Source of the DNA: Candidatus Doudnabacteria bacterium
GTDB taxonomy: Bacteria > Patescibacteriota > Doudnabacteria > UBA920
Reading direction: 5' to 3'
NCBI GenBank assembly: GCA_963837465.1
Contig: CAWINB010000004.1
Coordinates: forward strand, 330,853 to 394,852
Length of the DNA stretch: 64,000 nucleotides
Shown here: piece by piece, positions 9,826 to 21,258 of the stretch
Numbering within the stretch: position 1 is the stretch's first letter
How the letters are laid out: the number at the start of each line of letters is the position of its first letter
Made by a program: the position numbers and the translations under genes
The notes under the pieces: generated by a model
Told to the model about the DNA's origin: nothing
The model's database searches: none
Seen by the model: the letters and a program-made list of their open reading frames with translations, nothing else

Positions 9826-9916
9826 TCTACAGAGTTGGCGCATTAACCGCGCTACAGAAGCCTACAGAACCTGGTGGCCCTGATTGTTTCTGTAGTTTTC
9901 TGTAGATTAGTATAAT
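9826..9916 (+). promoter_or_regulatory. heptamer-repeat operator-like region with -10 box
   Basis: Three direct CTACAGA repeats and two inverted TCTGTAG copies (atctacaga...tctgtagat). TATAAT at 9911-9916 immediately follows. Confidence 0.3.
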
Positions 9917-9934
9917 GAGTAATTCTATAGTTTT

Positions 9935-10333
9935 ATGAATTTAAAATCATATTTTAACTCCCAATACCTTTTTCAGATTAATTCCGCCTTTATCAGCCCT
10001 GGCGAGAAGCTTTTTTTTCTGCTGGGCGTGATTTTGCTTTTGGTCGCCGTGGTCCTGAAAATATCAGCCAAGCTTGCGCCTACCCCCGTGGACTCCGGTT
10101 ACCGCAAAAAGTTTTACGTGCTGTTGCTGACCATCGGCCTGCTGGAAATTTTTTGGTACCTGCTGCGTTACGAGAACGTGGAGTTTTTTGGCAGCCGTTT
10201 TACGGCTTTCTTGTTCCTGTTCATCGGCCTGGTCTGGCTTCTGCGCGTTTTGCTGTCGATGTTAAAAAATTACCGACCGGCTAAAGTTGCCTGGGAAAAA
10301 GAACAGGTCAGGATGAAGTATTTGCCCAAATGA
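9935..10333 (+). CDS. hypothetical 3-TM membrane protein
   Basis: 132 aa with hydrophobic segments. Confidence 0.45.
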   Translation: MNLKSYFNSQYLFQINSAFISPGEKLFFLLGVILLLVAVVLKISAKLAPTPVDSGYRKKFYVLLLTIGLLEIFWYLLRYENVEFFGSRFTAFLFLFIGLVWLLRVLLSMLKNYRPAKVAWEKEQVRMKYLPK

Positions 10334-10360
10334 CAAAAATAAAAAGACAAATGTTTATCC

Positions 10361-10780
10361 ATGTTCAATCTTTTTAAACCAACAATCAGGAAACCAAAAT
10401 CTTTGGGTCAGCTGGGTGAACAGTTCGCCCAGGAAGAATATAAAAAGCTCGGTTATAAAATTATCGCGGCCAACGAGTACAATAAAAAAGGCAAACAACT
10501 TGGAGAGATAGATTTCATCGCCAAAAATAACGAATCCATAATATTTGTGGAGGTTAAGACCCGTAAAGATCGCCTGGGTAAATTTGGCACGGGCGCCGAA
10601 GCGGTTGATGTTTACAAACAGCGGAAACTGCTGGCAGCGGTAAAAATGTACTTTTTGCGCAATCCGGCAATGTCCGAACTTAAGCCCCGGATTGATGTTT
10701 GTCTTATGGAATTCGGCGAGCTTGACAAAAGCTTTAAACCTGCTAAAATAATAACGAATGCAGTAGAAGATTGGAACTGA
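10361..10780 (+). CDS. yraN: YraN family (UPF0102) endonuclease
   Basis: GQLGEQFAQEEYKKLGYKIIAANE...GEIDFIAKNNESIIFVEVKTRKD, the canonical UPF0102 pattern. Confidence 0.85.
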   Translation: MFNLFKPTIRKPKSLGQLGEQFAQEEYKKLGYKIIAANEYNKKGKQLGEIDFIAKNNESIIFVEVKTRKDRLGKFGTGAEAVDVYKQRKLLAAVKMYFLRNPAMSELKPRIDVCLMEFGELDKSFKPAKIITNAVEDWN

Positions 10781-10782
10781 CT

Positions 10783-10805
10783 GACGAGCGATGCTCGTCA
10801 TTTTA
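10783..10805 (+). terminator. rho-independent terminator
   Basis: gacgagc-gat-gctcgtc followed by ATTTT. Confidence 0.5.
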
Positions 10806-10827
10806 ATTAGTAAGCCGCTGAAAAGAC

Positions 10828-10892
10828 GCTGATAGGTACGCTGAATAAACGCTGAACCGGCGTTTCAGCGACAAATCAGCGTACCTATCAGC
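10828..10892 (+). promoter_or_regulatory. nested palindrome (CGCTGA repeat cluster) in the nusA leader
   Basis: Perfect 17-bp inverted repeat gctgataggtacgctga / tcagcgtacctatcagc enclosing an inner palindrome cgctgaa-ccggcg-ttcagcg. Further CGCTGA copies lie at 10815-10826. Confidence 0.35.
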
Positions 10893-10912
10893 GATAAATT
10901 AGCGCTTTAAAT

Positions 10913-12130
10913 ATGAATGAGCAACTAGAACAAGCTTTGGATCAGATTGCCGAAGAAAAAGGCATTAGCCGCGAGGATTTAATTTCTATGATAGAGGCGT
11001 CTTTGGCCGCGGCCTTCCGCAAGGATTACGGTGAAAAAGACCAGAATATCGTGGTGGAATTTAACCCCGAAACAATGGGCGCCAAGGTTTTTGACGTTAA
11101 AACCGTGGTGGAAACCCCAACCGAAGCCGAGGAAGACCCGCAAAAATTAATTGATTTGGAAGCGGCAAAACAAATCAAAAAATCCTATAAAGTGGGTGAC
11201 GAAATTAAAACCGAAATCACGCCAAAAACCGGCACCTCTTACGGCCGCATTGCGGCACAGACCGCCAAACAGGTAATCATTCAAAAGCTCCGCGAGGCTG
11301 AACGCAACGTCCAGTTTTCCGACTTTAAATCCAAAGAGCGCACTCTGCAAAACGGTATTGTGCAAAGAGTGGAAGGCGATACCGTGCTGGTGGATTTGGG
11401 CAAGGCCGCCGGAGTGCTGTTTCCCAGCGAGCAAATCCGCGGCGAGCGTTACGCCATTGGTCAGCGGGTAAAAGTTTTAATCCTCCATGTCGAACCGGCC
11501 ACCAAGGGCCCTAAAATTACCCTGTCCCGCTCGCATCCGGATATGGTCCGCAAGCTGTTTGAGCTGGAAGTGCCGGAAATTTATAACGGCAGCGTGGAAA
11601 TAAAAGCCATTGCCCGCGAGGCGGGATCCCGTTCCAAAGTGGCGGTAATTTCCACCCAGGACGGCATTGATCCCATAGGCAGTTGCGTAGGGCAAAAAGG
11701 CAGCCGCGTGCAAACCGTAATGGCCGAACTCGGCGGCGAGAAAATAGATATTATAGAATTTTCAGACGACACCGTAAAATTTATCGCCAACGCGCTTTCC
11801 CCGGCCAAAATTTTAAATGTTCAGCTGGATGAAGACAAAAAAGAAGCCAAAGTCGGCGTTTTGGAAGACCAGTTATCCCTTGCCATCGGCAAAGCCGGAC
11901 AAAACGTGCGGTTGGCCGCGCGGTTGACCGGATGGAAGATTGATATCAATGGGGAAAAATTGGCCGGAGATGCGGCATCAGAACCTGCTGCTGAAGGCGA
12001 AGAAGCAGAAACCGTTGCCCCCGAAACATCAGCCACGGAAGAAGCTCAAACCGACGCCGGCGGAGTAAGCGAAGGTACTTTGCAGGAAGCGGAGAACCCC
12101 GAAAAGCAGATGGAAGAAAAGGGAGAATAA
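10913..12130 (+). CDS. nusA: transcription termination/antitermination factor NusA
   Basis: N-terminal domain, S1 and two KH domains (GIDPIGSCVGQKGSRVQ; acidic C-terminal tail). Confidence 0.95.
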   Translation: MNEQLEQALDQIAEEKGISREDLISMIEASLAAAFRKDYGEKDQNIVVEFNPETMGAKVFDVKTVVETPTEAEEDPQKLIDLEAAKQIKKSYKVGDEIKTEITPKTGTSYGRIAAQTAKQVIIQKLREAERNVQFSDFKSKERTLQNGIVQRVEGDTVLVDLGKAAGVLFPSEQIRGERYAIGQRVKVLILHVEPATKGPKITLSRSHPDMVRKLFELEVPEIYNGSVEIKAIAREAGSRSKVAVISTQDGIDPIGSCVGQKGSRVQTVMAELGGEKIDIIEFSDDTVKFIANALSPAKILNVQLDEDKKEAKVGVLEDQLSLAIGKAGQNVRLAARLTGWKIDINGEKLAGDAASEPAAEGEEAETVAPETSATEEAQTDAGGVSEGTLQEAENPEKQMEEKGE

Positions 12131-12229
12131 TAATTAATTTCAAATTACAAATATCAATTTGCCGAGTCACGCAACTTGGTATTAAATCATTAGGATTTTA
12201 TTTGGAATTTGATATTTGGAATTTTACTT

Positions 12230-12805
12230 ATGCCTTTAATACCAATGGTCATTGAGAAATCCCCGCAGGGGGAGCGCGGCTATGATATTTACAGTCGACT
12301 TTTAAAAGATCGAATAATTTTTTTAGGCGAACCTATAGACGACGCGGTCGCCAATATTTTAATCGCCCAATTGCTTTTTTTGGACGCGGATAATTCCAAG
12401 CAGGATATCAAGCTTTACATTAATTCTCCCGGCGGCTCGGTAACCTCGGCTATGGCGCTTTATGATACTATGAACCACGTTAAATCCGATGTTTCCACTA
12501 TTTGCATCGGCCAGGCCGCCTCGGCTGCCGCGGTACTGCTTGCGGCCGGAGCCAAAGGCAAAAGAATCGCCCTGCCTAACGCGCGCGTGCTTATCCACCA
12601 GGTTATGGGCGGAGCCGAAGGCCAGCAAAAAGATATTGTCATAGCGGCCAACGAGATTACGCGCATAAAAAACCAGCTTAACCATATTCTTTCCAAACAC
12701 ACTGGTCAGCCGGTAAAGAAAATAGAATCGGACACCGATCGTGATTTCTGGATGACTTCGGACGAGGCCAAGAAATACGGGATTATAGATAAAATTATCC
12801 AGTAG
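12230..12805 (+). CDS. clpP: ATP-dependent Clp protease proteolytic subunit
   Basis: [20 protein letters not shown] ... [11 protein letters not shown] ... HQ. Start taken at [10 protein letters not shown]; the track ORF begins at 12209. Confidence 0.95.
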   Translation: MPLIPMVIEKSPQGERGYDIYSRLLKDRIIFLGEPIDDAVANILIAQLLFLDADNSKQDIKLYINSPGGSVTSAMALYDTMNHVKSDVSTICIGQAASAAAVLLAAGAKGKRIALPNARVLIHQVMGGAEGQQKDIVIAANEITRIKNQLNHILSKHTGQPVKKIESDTDRDFWMTSDEAKKYGIIDKIIQ

Positions 12806-12841
12806 TGCTGTTTTCAGGGCGGTTTCCAATATGTATCAATA

Positions 12842-12872
12842 AAAATCCGGACCCAGGGTCCGGATTTTTATA
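12842..12872. terminator. bidirectional rho-independent terminator
   Basis: atccggaccc-a-gggtccggat flanked by A and T runs, between convergent clpP and the phosphoesterase gene. Confidence 0.6.
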
Positions 12873-12903
12873 TATATTATTTCGCCTGCCGACGGCAAAA
12901 TTA

Positions 12904-14016
12904 TTAACCCAAGCTCTGAAAAGTTATTTTAATTATTTCAGATTCGGTAAAAATTCTCAAAGCCGGGCCCCAGGTGCCCACGCCGCTGGAAGTTAAAACC
13001 TGTAAGTCCCCTAAAGCCTTAAGGCCGTAATCGTAACCTTTAAAAATTTTGCGGGTAACATAGCGACCCGGCCAAATTTGTCCCAGGTGGGTGTGGCCCG
13101 AAAGCTGCAGGCTTACTCCGCTTTGTTCCGCGACGGACAAATGACTGGGTACGTGTTTTAAAAGTATGGAGGGCTTGTTGTTTGCCAAACCGGTTTTCAG
13201 TAGCCGAGTTTTAACAGTTTCATCAGTTTCCTGTTTATAGGCCAGGCCTAAAACCTGCAAACCCTCTATCTCCACTTTCTGGTCTTCCAAAATTTTGATG
13301 CCGGCATTTCTTATGGCTTGTTCGCAAATACCGTAACCGGCGAACATTTCGTGGTTGCCGGAACAAAAGTAAATTCCCAATGGAGCTTTGATTTTTTTAA
13401 ATTCATTTGCCAATCCCTGGAAGTCGCTGCGCGCGCCGTCATAAAAATCTCCGGGAATAAAAACAATCTCGGGATTTAAAGAGTTGGTAATTTTGATTAT
13501 TTTTTTGGCGAAACCGTTTTTTAAAATCTGCCCCAGATGCAAATCGGAAACCATAACCGCGGTTTTGCCTTTCCAAAAATCCGGCAAATTGGGCAGATTG
13601 ACCGTTAGGTGCTTAATTCTTATTACGCGCGCGTTAACGGCGCCGTAAACAACCAGGGTCAATGAGACGATAATGCTAAGGTGCCCCGCGGTAGTTAGTG
13701 CCAGCAGGCCTAAAGCGCAAAGGACCAGGGTTAAAGCGGAAGCCATTAAAAAGTAGAGCCCCCATACTATCCAAATTCCGGCCAAGACGTTGCCCCAGTT
13801 TAAGAGGAAACTTTGGTAATTATGGGTAAGCAGTGTAAACAATAAAAAAGCAAAAGATAACAGCAGCATTATTACGGCCAGCAAAATGTGGTAAGGGTAA
13901 AGGGCGGGGAAAAACAACAGCAGGAGCTCGTATCCCAGCCAATGGCAAGCGGCAATAAACAATTGCGCGATTCCAATTACGTAAATTAAATTTTTAGGCA
14001 TGTTTACAGTATACAT
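12904..14016 (-). CDS. membrane-anchored calcineurin-like metallophosphoesterase
   Basis: 370 aa: N-terminal multi-TM region, then GDFYDG...GNHE...GHTH metallophosphatase motifs. Confidence 0.75.
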   Translation of the reverse strand: MYTVNMPKNLIYVIGIAQLFIAACHWLGYELLLLFFPALYPYHILLAVIMLLLSFAFLLFTLLTHNYQSFLLNWGNVLAGIWIVWGLYFLMASALTLVLCALGLLALTTAGHLSIIVSLTLVVYGAVNARVIRIKHLTVNLPNLPDFWKGKTAVMVSDLHLGQILKNGFAKKIIKITNSLNPEIVFIPGDFYDGARSDFQGLANEFKKIKAPLGIYFCSGNHEMFAGYGICEQAIRNAGIKILEDQKVEIEGLQVLGLAYKQETDETVKTRLLKTGLANNKPSILLKHVPSHLSVAEQSGVSLQLSGHTHLGQIWPGRYVTRKIFKGYDYGLKALGDLQVLTSSGVGTWGPALRIFTESEIIKITFQSLG

Positions 14017-14173
14017 TATAATTAAGTTGTTGTAATACGCATAGCCGAAACTTAAATTTTTACCGAGAAAATTAAATTGACGTCCGGGGAGGCGTTGTTA
14101 AAGTCGCCGTCCTATCCAAACGAGCATGGAAGCAGTTTTAAGTTTAATAAAACCGCAGTAGTTTCTAATCAAG

Positions 14174-15577
14174 ACATGGCCCCTATCCGCCAGCGGCCAT
14201 TTTTTGATGTTCCTTAAGTTTAATGTTTTTAAATACTGCTGACTTTGCTTCCTGCATAAGTTTTGCCCATCCGTTATGGCTGTGGCCGGTGCTGATGTCA
14301 TCCAGTTGTTTTTCCGTCCGTCCTGGGGCAAGGTAGCGTGTCCAATTATCCAGAGTCTTCAGTTTGGCATAGGGAGTTAAGTAAATATCATATTTTTTCT
14401 TTTCCTTGCCCTTATGGTCAACCGTGGTGGTGGCAAAGCCGCAGGGTCTGTGGAAGTTCAGGTAAGGGTTAAAAAACTTCTGGTAAAATTCGTTAATCTC
14501 CTGCGCGTAGGTTTTCGGGATATGAGTGTAGCCCATATACTTTCTGATGACACTGCCGTTCTTGCTTTCCACTAAGGCATTGTCATTGCAGTGCCTGCTT
14601 CGTGATTTTGTCTGTTTAATAACTAACCTTCTAAGAATATCAGCTACCGTGTAATTAATGTTCTCGCTACCGTTGTCAGAGTGGAAGTTAATTACTGTAA
14701 AGGGAAACATTTGCTGCAACTGTTCAAATATGGGTTTTAAATGCAGCTCGGAAATCGTTTCCACACAGAAGACCATTTCCCATTGGGTGACTTCATCCAC
14801 CAGGTTTAAGTGGTAAATACCTTTCTCATACTTGCCCAAAGCCAGCTTACGGTCGCCCTGATGCACGGTATCCACCCGCAGATAGCCCGGAATGCCCATA
14901 TTGTCGGGTCTTCTTCTAATACCAATCGGGGTGCTTACTGGATCGGTTATGGTAAAGGTGGTGGAGTGGCTGGTGTAAATTCTTTTAACTCGCAGATTGT
15001 AGATATGGGAAACGGAAATATCTTTTAGTCTTTTAAACCGTTCGTCACCGAATATTTCATATTCAGCCATTAGGATCTGTTTGGTGGCATGGGCATTCAT
15101 TCGTTGGTGCAGATTATCGGTTTCAGCCAGCAATAGTATTTCTGCCGGGCCATAAACAGTAACAAACCGGTTTTTCTTGCCCCAATTCGGGGACAAGGCC
15201 ACTAACCCACTTCCTCTCTTGTTGGTAATCAGTCGTTTTAGCTGTCTGCCCGACATGCCGGTCATCCGTTGGATATATTCCTTAATCTGCCCCTTGTCTT
15301 TTTTGCCTTTAAGCCGGACATAGCCAAACTTGTTTAAGACGTTGTTAATCCATTCATATTTCTCCTTTCTGGAAACTGAGGTAAAATTAATTGCTGTATT
15401 GACCTTTAGAAATTCCTTGATTTGAGCTATGCTCGTAACGCTTAAGTCTGTCATATCGATTGTCATCAAGTCAGTGTGGCAGGCTTATGCTCTTTGTACA
15501 GCTTCCGGGCAACCCTCCGGTTTCAGCAATTGGGGTACCGTCCTCCTTTAGAGGCTGTCTCAAAGATAGGGGCCATG
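14174..15577 (-). mobile_element. insertion sequence (~1.4 kb) with 14-bp terminal inverted repeats and an rve-type DDE transposase
   Basis: ACATGGCCCCTATC at 14174-14187 and its reverse complement GATAGGGGCCATGT at 15564-15577 bracket a single transposase ORF. Confidence 0.6.
14183..15469 (-). CDS. DDE transposase, integrase-core (rve) family (IS481/ISNCY-like; family uncertain)
   Basis: 428 aa: HTH N-terminus, ...HSDNGSENINYTV...HCNDNALVESKNGSV... catalytic core. Confidence 0.8.
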   Translation of the reverse strand: MMTIDMTDLSVTSIAQIKEFLKVNTAINFTSVSRKEKYEWINNVLNKFGYVRLKGKKDKGQIKEYIQRMTGMSGRQLKRLITNKRGSGLVALSPNWGKKNRFVTVYGPAEILLLAETDNLHQRMNAHATKQILMAEYEIFGDERFKRLKDISVSHIYNLRVKRIYTSHSTTFTITDPVSTPIGIRRRPDNMGIPGYLRVDTVHQGDRKLALGKYEKGIYHLNLVDEVTQWEMVFCVETISELHLKPIFEQLQQMFPFTVINFHSDNGSENINYTVADILRRLVIKQTKSRSRHCNDNALVESKNGSVIRKYMGYTHIPKTYAQEINEFYQKFFNPYLNFHRPCGFATTTVDHKGKEKKKYDIYLTPYAKLKTLDNWTRYLAPGRTEKQLDDISTGHSHNGWAKLMQEAKSAVFKNIKLKEHQKMAAGG

Positions 15578-15598
15578 TTCCATTGTATAAGACTGGCG

Positions 15599-15627
15599 CT
15601 TGACACCTTTTTCCAAAAGGTTTATAA
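15599..15627 (+). promoter_or_regulatory. consensus sigma70-type promoter (rRNA P1 candidate)
   Basis: TTGACA-N17-TATAAT exactly, starting 22 bp after the IS right end, ~660 bp upstream of the 16S gene. Confidence 0.55.
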
Positions 15628-16287
15628 TTGCTTGGCGGTTAGGAATTAAATCTTAACGTTTAAAACTTCAATAAACTTTTAGTTCAATTTTGCTCTTATG
15701 TAAGCGGGCATCGCTGATTATAGGAGATCCCTATTGGCACCTGGGAGACTGGACATTATCCACATTTAAGATGGATATGTTTTTTTTAGCCTCAATTTTA
15801 GACCCTTCAGGATCAAATTATAGAGGCTAATCCGCCGAAGCCTTGGCGAAGGCTGGATAACTAAGTTTGATCGCCGATAAATCGGCACGCTACGCCAATC
15901 ATCTTGGTCAAAGCAAAGTACCTCAAAATGAGATGCTCCGCTCCGCTCAGGATGCGTTCCTACGGAACTGTACCTTAACAGTTAAATAGTGATTAGAAAA
16001 CACTGAATACCGCCCGGTATTTAGTGTGTACAAAACCATCGCGTCTTGACCTATTTAAACCAGGTTGAGATGCAATGTTTGCGTCAATTCAATATGAGTT
16101 CAATGATATTCTGTGAATAACAGAAAAATGTTTTGTTAGGTTTACATTTTACAAAAATAAATCTAACGCCAACTTAACATCAATATTTATATTCGTGTTA
16201 AGAGGTTTGTCTTTTAGACAGATCAAACTTTCAATTTTATTTCCGTCCCGCCAAAGGCTGGGACAATTCAGGATTTATAATTGATTT

Positions 16288-17872
<1,585 letters not shown>

Positions 17873-18137
17873 AAGGAACTTTTCTTGACTACACTGGTTT
17901 TCGAACTGTGTGTCAAGACATTCTGTTGGTCGTCGTCAATTATTTCGATTTTTGACGCAATCCTTTCTCAATAAGAAACGACGTAAACGTAAGTGGTTTT
18001 GTATAGCGGTAATTCTACCCATATTTAGCAATAAATATGGGCCTGAGCGCCTTTAATGCTCGGGGTCACTATTTAGCCGTTAAAAAACGGAAATTGCAAT
18101 TAAAAAGCCTGACTTCTACTACTGAAGTGAGGCTTTT
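17873..18137 (+). repeat. element-arm repeat copy 1 (structured ~265-nt arm between the 16S-end core and integrase A1)
   Basis: Shares the blocks ggtcgtcgt, acgacgtaaac, ggtaattctacc, a hairpin ccatatttagcaataaatatgg, gcgcc.ttaatg.t.gggg.tcactatttagccgtta, gaaattgcaa and a terminal hairpin with the copies at 34676-34942 and 47733-47996. Confidence 0.65.
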
Positions 18138-19121
18138 ATGTTTTATAAGGAAAGTGTCGTAGAAACATCTACGAAAACCGACAGTAGGGTTTTGCCATCG
18201 TCCCCGGCTGTTTACAGCCCAAAGATGAGCGAGTTGGTTGATGGGTTTTTAAAGCACGGTCAGTTTGATTTAAGCTGGTCGGCTGGGACAGTCGCAAAAT
18301 ACGGTGAGTGTTTACGGATGACTATTCGGGACATCGGCGATTTGCCGGTAAATGAAATCCGTTTGGTTCACCTTACGGAATTAAAATCTAAAATAATAAT
18401 GCGCGGAGCCGGAGAGTCCAGAGTCGGCTCAATGGTTTTTGCGTTAAAAAGTTTTTTAAAATACTGCAAGGAAATTGTGGAGTTGGATGTGCTGGACTTT
18501 AACAAGATTACCCCGCCAAAACGCCATCGCCGGGAAGTGCTGTTTTTGACCAACGAAGAAATTCAGCGGTTTGTGGATGTTATAAAAATAAAAAATACCT
18601 GGGATGGGAAAAATAAAAAGAGTTGCGTCCGAATGGATGGTCTAAGGTTCAGGGCTTTGGTAGAAGTCTTGCTTGGCAGCGGTATGAGAATATCCGAGGC
18701 GTTATCGCTTAACCGGGGTAGTATAAATTTTGAAAAGAAAGAGGCAAAAATTATCGGTAAAGGTAGCAAGGAACGCACGGTATTTTTTAACGATCGTTCG
18801 TTGGAATGGGTTAGGTATTTATTGGAAGAAAGGAAGGACAGTCACGAACCTTTATTTCTTTCCCAAAAAGGCAACAGGTGGGATAAGGGAGAAGTTAATA
18901 AACTGTTTCAGCGTTATACTAAAAAAGCGGAAATCACCAAAAAATTAACGCCCCATATTCTGCGGCATACTATGGCCACAAACTTACTTTTTAACGGTTG
19001 CCCGATTTCCCACGTCAAAGAAATTTTAGGCCATGATAGGCTGGAAACCACGTGCCGCTACTATCTGGGTTTGGACAAGAGTAAGGCCAAGGAGGCTCAC
19101 GAAAAATTCTTGAATTATTAA
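18138..19121 (+). CDS. tyrosine recombinase/integrase, A-type paralog 1
   Basis: 327 aa: R...HxxR (HILRHTMATNLL)...Y (TTCRYYLG). ~60-70% similar to the recombinases at 34943-35929 and 47997-48968. Confidence 0.9.
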   Translation: MFYKESVVETSTKTDSRVLPSSPAVYSPKMSELVDGFLKHGQFDLSWSAGTVAKYGECLRMTIRDIGDLPVNEIRLVHLTELKSKIIMRGAGESRVGSMVFALKSFLKYCKEIVELDVLDFNKITPPKRHRREVLFLTNEEIQRFVDVIKIKNTWDGKNKKSCVRMDGLRFRALVEVLLGSGMRISEALSLNRGSINFEKKEAKIIGKGSKERTVFFNDRSLEWVRYLLEERKDSHEPLFLSQKGNRWDKGEVNKLFQRYTKKAEITKKLTPHILRHTMATNLLFNGCPISHVKEILGHDRLETTCRYYLGLDKSKAKEAHEKFLNY

Positions 19122-19169
19122 AAAAATTTATTGAATAAATAGCTCAATTTCGCTATAATTAGAATAATT

Positions 19170-19365
19170 GAATAGGTGCCTAACCCCATGGCTAAAACTA
19201 TGGGTATGGTAGAAGTAAAGAATCCTCAGCTACGTAAAGACGGTCTCTTAACCGCTCTCGTAGCTGAGGTGCGTGCGAAAGCATGCGGTGGTGTCGAAAG
19301 GCACTGCTGCGGTTGGGAGGCCCTTTTTGTATCCAACCGCAATTTAAAAACCTCAGCTACAACAA
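19170..19365 (+). promoter_or_regulatory. highly structured leader upstream of the Type III mod gene
   Basis: Series of hairpins: cccatgg...ctatggg; an 11-bp stem cctcagctacg...cgtagctgagg; GNRA-type loops gcgaaagc and tcgaaagg; gcggttgg...ccaaccgc. A second cctcagctac copy abuts the start codon. The 65-aa ORF here is probably spurious. Confidence 0.3.
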
Positions 19366-21255
19366 ATGAATAACAAATCACTGATTTTTGAATTGCCCAA
19401 AATTGTGGAAGAGGGCAAAAAAGAAGTTGAAAAAATATTGGAACGGCTTTCCAGTCAAAGTCGGTTAGGTTTGCAGACTAATGAGCTGGTTCTACCGGCA
19501 AAAGATAGTGGCGGGCTTTTTCGCGGGCATATAGCAGAACAGAAAAACAATGAGTGGCTGAATCGCTTAATATATGGCGATAATTTGTTAGCTATGCAGG
19601 CTTTGCTTTCCGGCGATGAGCAGAGCGGTCTTGCCAGTATGCGTGGGAAAATAGATTTAATTTACATTGATCCACCGTTTGATAGCAAAGCTGACTACCG
19701 CACAAAGGTTACCTTGCCTGGCGTGGATTTGGAGCAAAAGCCAACAGTTATAGAACAATTTGCATACGCCGATACTTGGAAAGATGGCACCGTAAGCTAT
19801 TTGAAAATGCTTTATCCTCGTCTTGCTTTAATGCGCGAGTTGCTCTCCGAACAAGGCAGTATTTATGTGCATATTGATTGGCACGTCGGGCATTATGTAA
19901 AAATTTTACTTGATGATATTTTTGGAAAAAATAATTTTAGGAACGAAATAATTTGGTGGTATCTTTGGGGAGGAAGAGGTAAGACACAATGGAATAGCAA
20001 ACATGATAATATTTTATTTTATTCCAAGGATAATAATTGGATTTTTAACTTTAAGGATGTATTAGATGATCACAATTTAATGACAGAAGGGTCAAAAAAT
20101 AGGTTGAATTACAAAGGTGCGATGGTAACTACCAAAAGCGAATCCTCAGAAATACCCGAAGATAAAGTGCTGCCTTCTGATACTTGGTATATAGCAACCA
20201 TTAATGCAATGGCAAAAGAAAAATTAAATTATGGTACTCAAAAACCAGAATCTTTGGTAGAAAAAATAATCAAAGCATCTTCAAATGAAAATTCCATTGT
20301 AGCAGATTTTTTTGCGGGGAGCGGGACAACTGGAGCGGTGGCGGAAAAACTTGGACGGAGGTGGATTATGTCGGATATTGGCAAGCCAGCGGCTTTGATA
20401 ATGCGCAAACGGTTAATTGACCAAAACGCCAAACCGTTTTTGTATCAATCCATCGGCGACTACCAAAAAGAAGCGTTTACCTCCTCAAAGTTATACCGCC
20501 GGGTTGGCGACCTGGCCCAGGTGGTATTGCAACTTTACGGCGCAATCCCTTTTACAGAAGACCAAAGCCAAATGCGAAATTTGGGGTATATAAAAGACAG
20601 TAAAACTTTGGTAATGGTGGATTCGCCGAATAAAATGACCGGCCTTGCCACGCTTAAAAAAGCGCAGGAGCTTAAAGCCAGTTTTATGGGCGGATTTAAC
20701 AAAGTGGTGGTCTTGGGCTGGAATTTTACTTTTGATATTACCGAAGCTATTCATTCGCTTAACGATAAAAGCGTGGAAGTTTTAGTTATACCCCCGGATC
20801 TGTTAGATAAGTTAAAGAGCAAAGCTGATTACAAAGACTTGATTGACAGCGGTAAAATTCGTTTTTCCTCTTTGCAATATCTGACTTTAAAACCAATTAC
20901 GGTAAAAATATTGCCGGATGATAAAGAACAGTTGCATGTTGAATTAGATAATTATGTTTTACTTTCCCCAGACAACATACCTTTGGACGAAAAGGACAAG
21001 GAAAAATTAAAAGAAGTCATTGCTAAAGATCCATTGTCTTTGGTTGAATATTGGAGCATTGATCCCGATTATGACGGAGTTACTTTTCGCAGCCTATGGC
21101 AGGATTATCGGGAAAATGAAGACAATGACGCAGAGCCTTACCATGTTGTAAAATCGGTAGATTTGACTGTCCCCAAAAAGAAAGAAAAAAGAATTGTATG
21201 CGTAAAGGTCGTGGATGTTTTTGGTTTTGAAAGTATTGCGACCGAGGAAGTTTAA
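19366..21255 (+). CDS. mod: Type III restriction-modification methyltransferase (Mod), beta-class N6A/N4C MTase
   Basis: 629 aa. [12 protein letters not shown] (motif IV, DPPF) precedes [23 protein letters not shown] (motif I, FxGxG); central variable TRD. Confidence 0.85.
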   Translation: MNNKSLIFELPKIVEEGKKEVEKILERLSSQSRLGLQTNELVLPAKDSGGLFRGHIAEQKNNEWLNRLIYGDNLLAMQALLSGDEQSGLASMRGKIDLIYIDPPFDSKADYRTKVTLPGVDLEQKPTVIEQFAYADTWKDGTVSYLKMLYPRLALMRELLSEQGSIYVHIDWHVGHYVKILLDDIFGKNNFRNEIIWWYLWGGRGKTQWNSKHDNILFYSKDNNWIFNFKDVLDDHNLMTEGSKNRLNYKGAMVTTKSESSEIPEDKVLPSDTWYIATINAMAKEKLNYGTQKPESLVEKIIKASSNENSIVADFFAGSGTTGAVAEKLGRRWIMSDIGKPAALIMRKRLIDQNAKPFLYQSIGDYQKEAFTSSKLYRRVGDLAQVVLQLYGAIPFTEDQSQMRNLGYIKDSKTLVMVDSPNKMTGLATLKKAQELKASFMGGFNKVVVLGWNFTFDITEAIHSLNDKSVEVLVIPPDLLDKLKSKADYKDLIDSGKIRFSSLQYLTLKPITVKILPDDKEQLHVELDNYVLLSPDNIPLDEKDKEKLKEVIAKDPLSLVEYWSIDPDYDGVTFRSLWQDYRENEDNDAEPYHVVKSVDLTVPKKKEKRIVCVKVVDVFGFESIATEEV

Positions 21256-21258
21256 CAT

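Noticed and set aside
12359-12829. Minus-strand ORFs antisense to clpP (and 11147-12170 antisense to nusA, 22323-23025 antisense to res)
   Set aside because: They overlap strongly conserved genes on the other strand and have no conserved motifs.
14098-14331. 77-aa minus-strand ORF
   Set aside because: Overlaps the IS transposase stop and the left terminal IR; no start signals.
17873-18137. Possibility that the repeated integrase-proximal arms are duplicated 16S-23S ITS copies from multiple rRNA operons
   Set aside because: Only 12-18 nt of 16S sequence are retained at copies 2 and 3. The arms are each followed by an integrase and have diverged with compensatory changes. No 23S or tRNA follows any copy.
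19176-19373. 65-aa ORF upstream of mod
   Set aside because: Coincides with a densely structured hairpin region; Cys/Gly-rich improbable peptide. Interpreted as a leader RNA instead.
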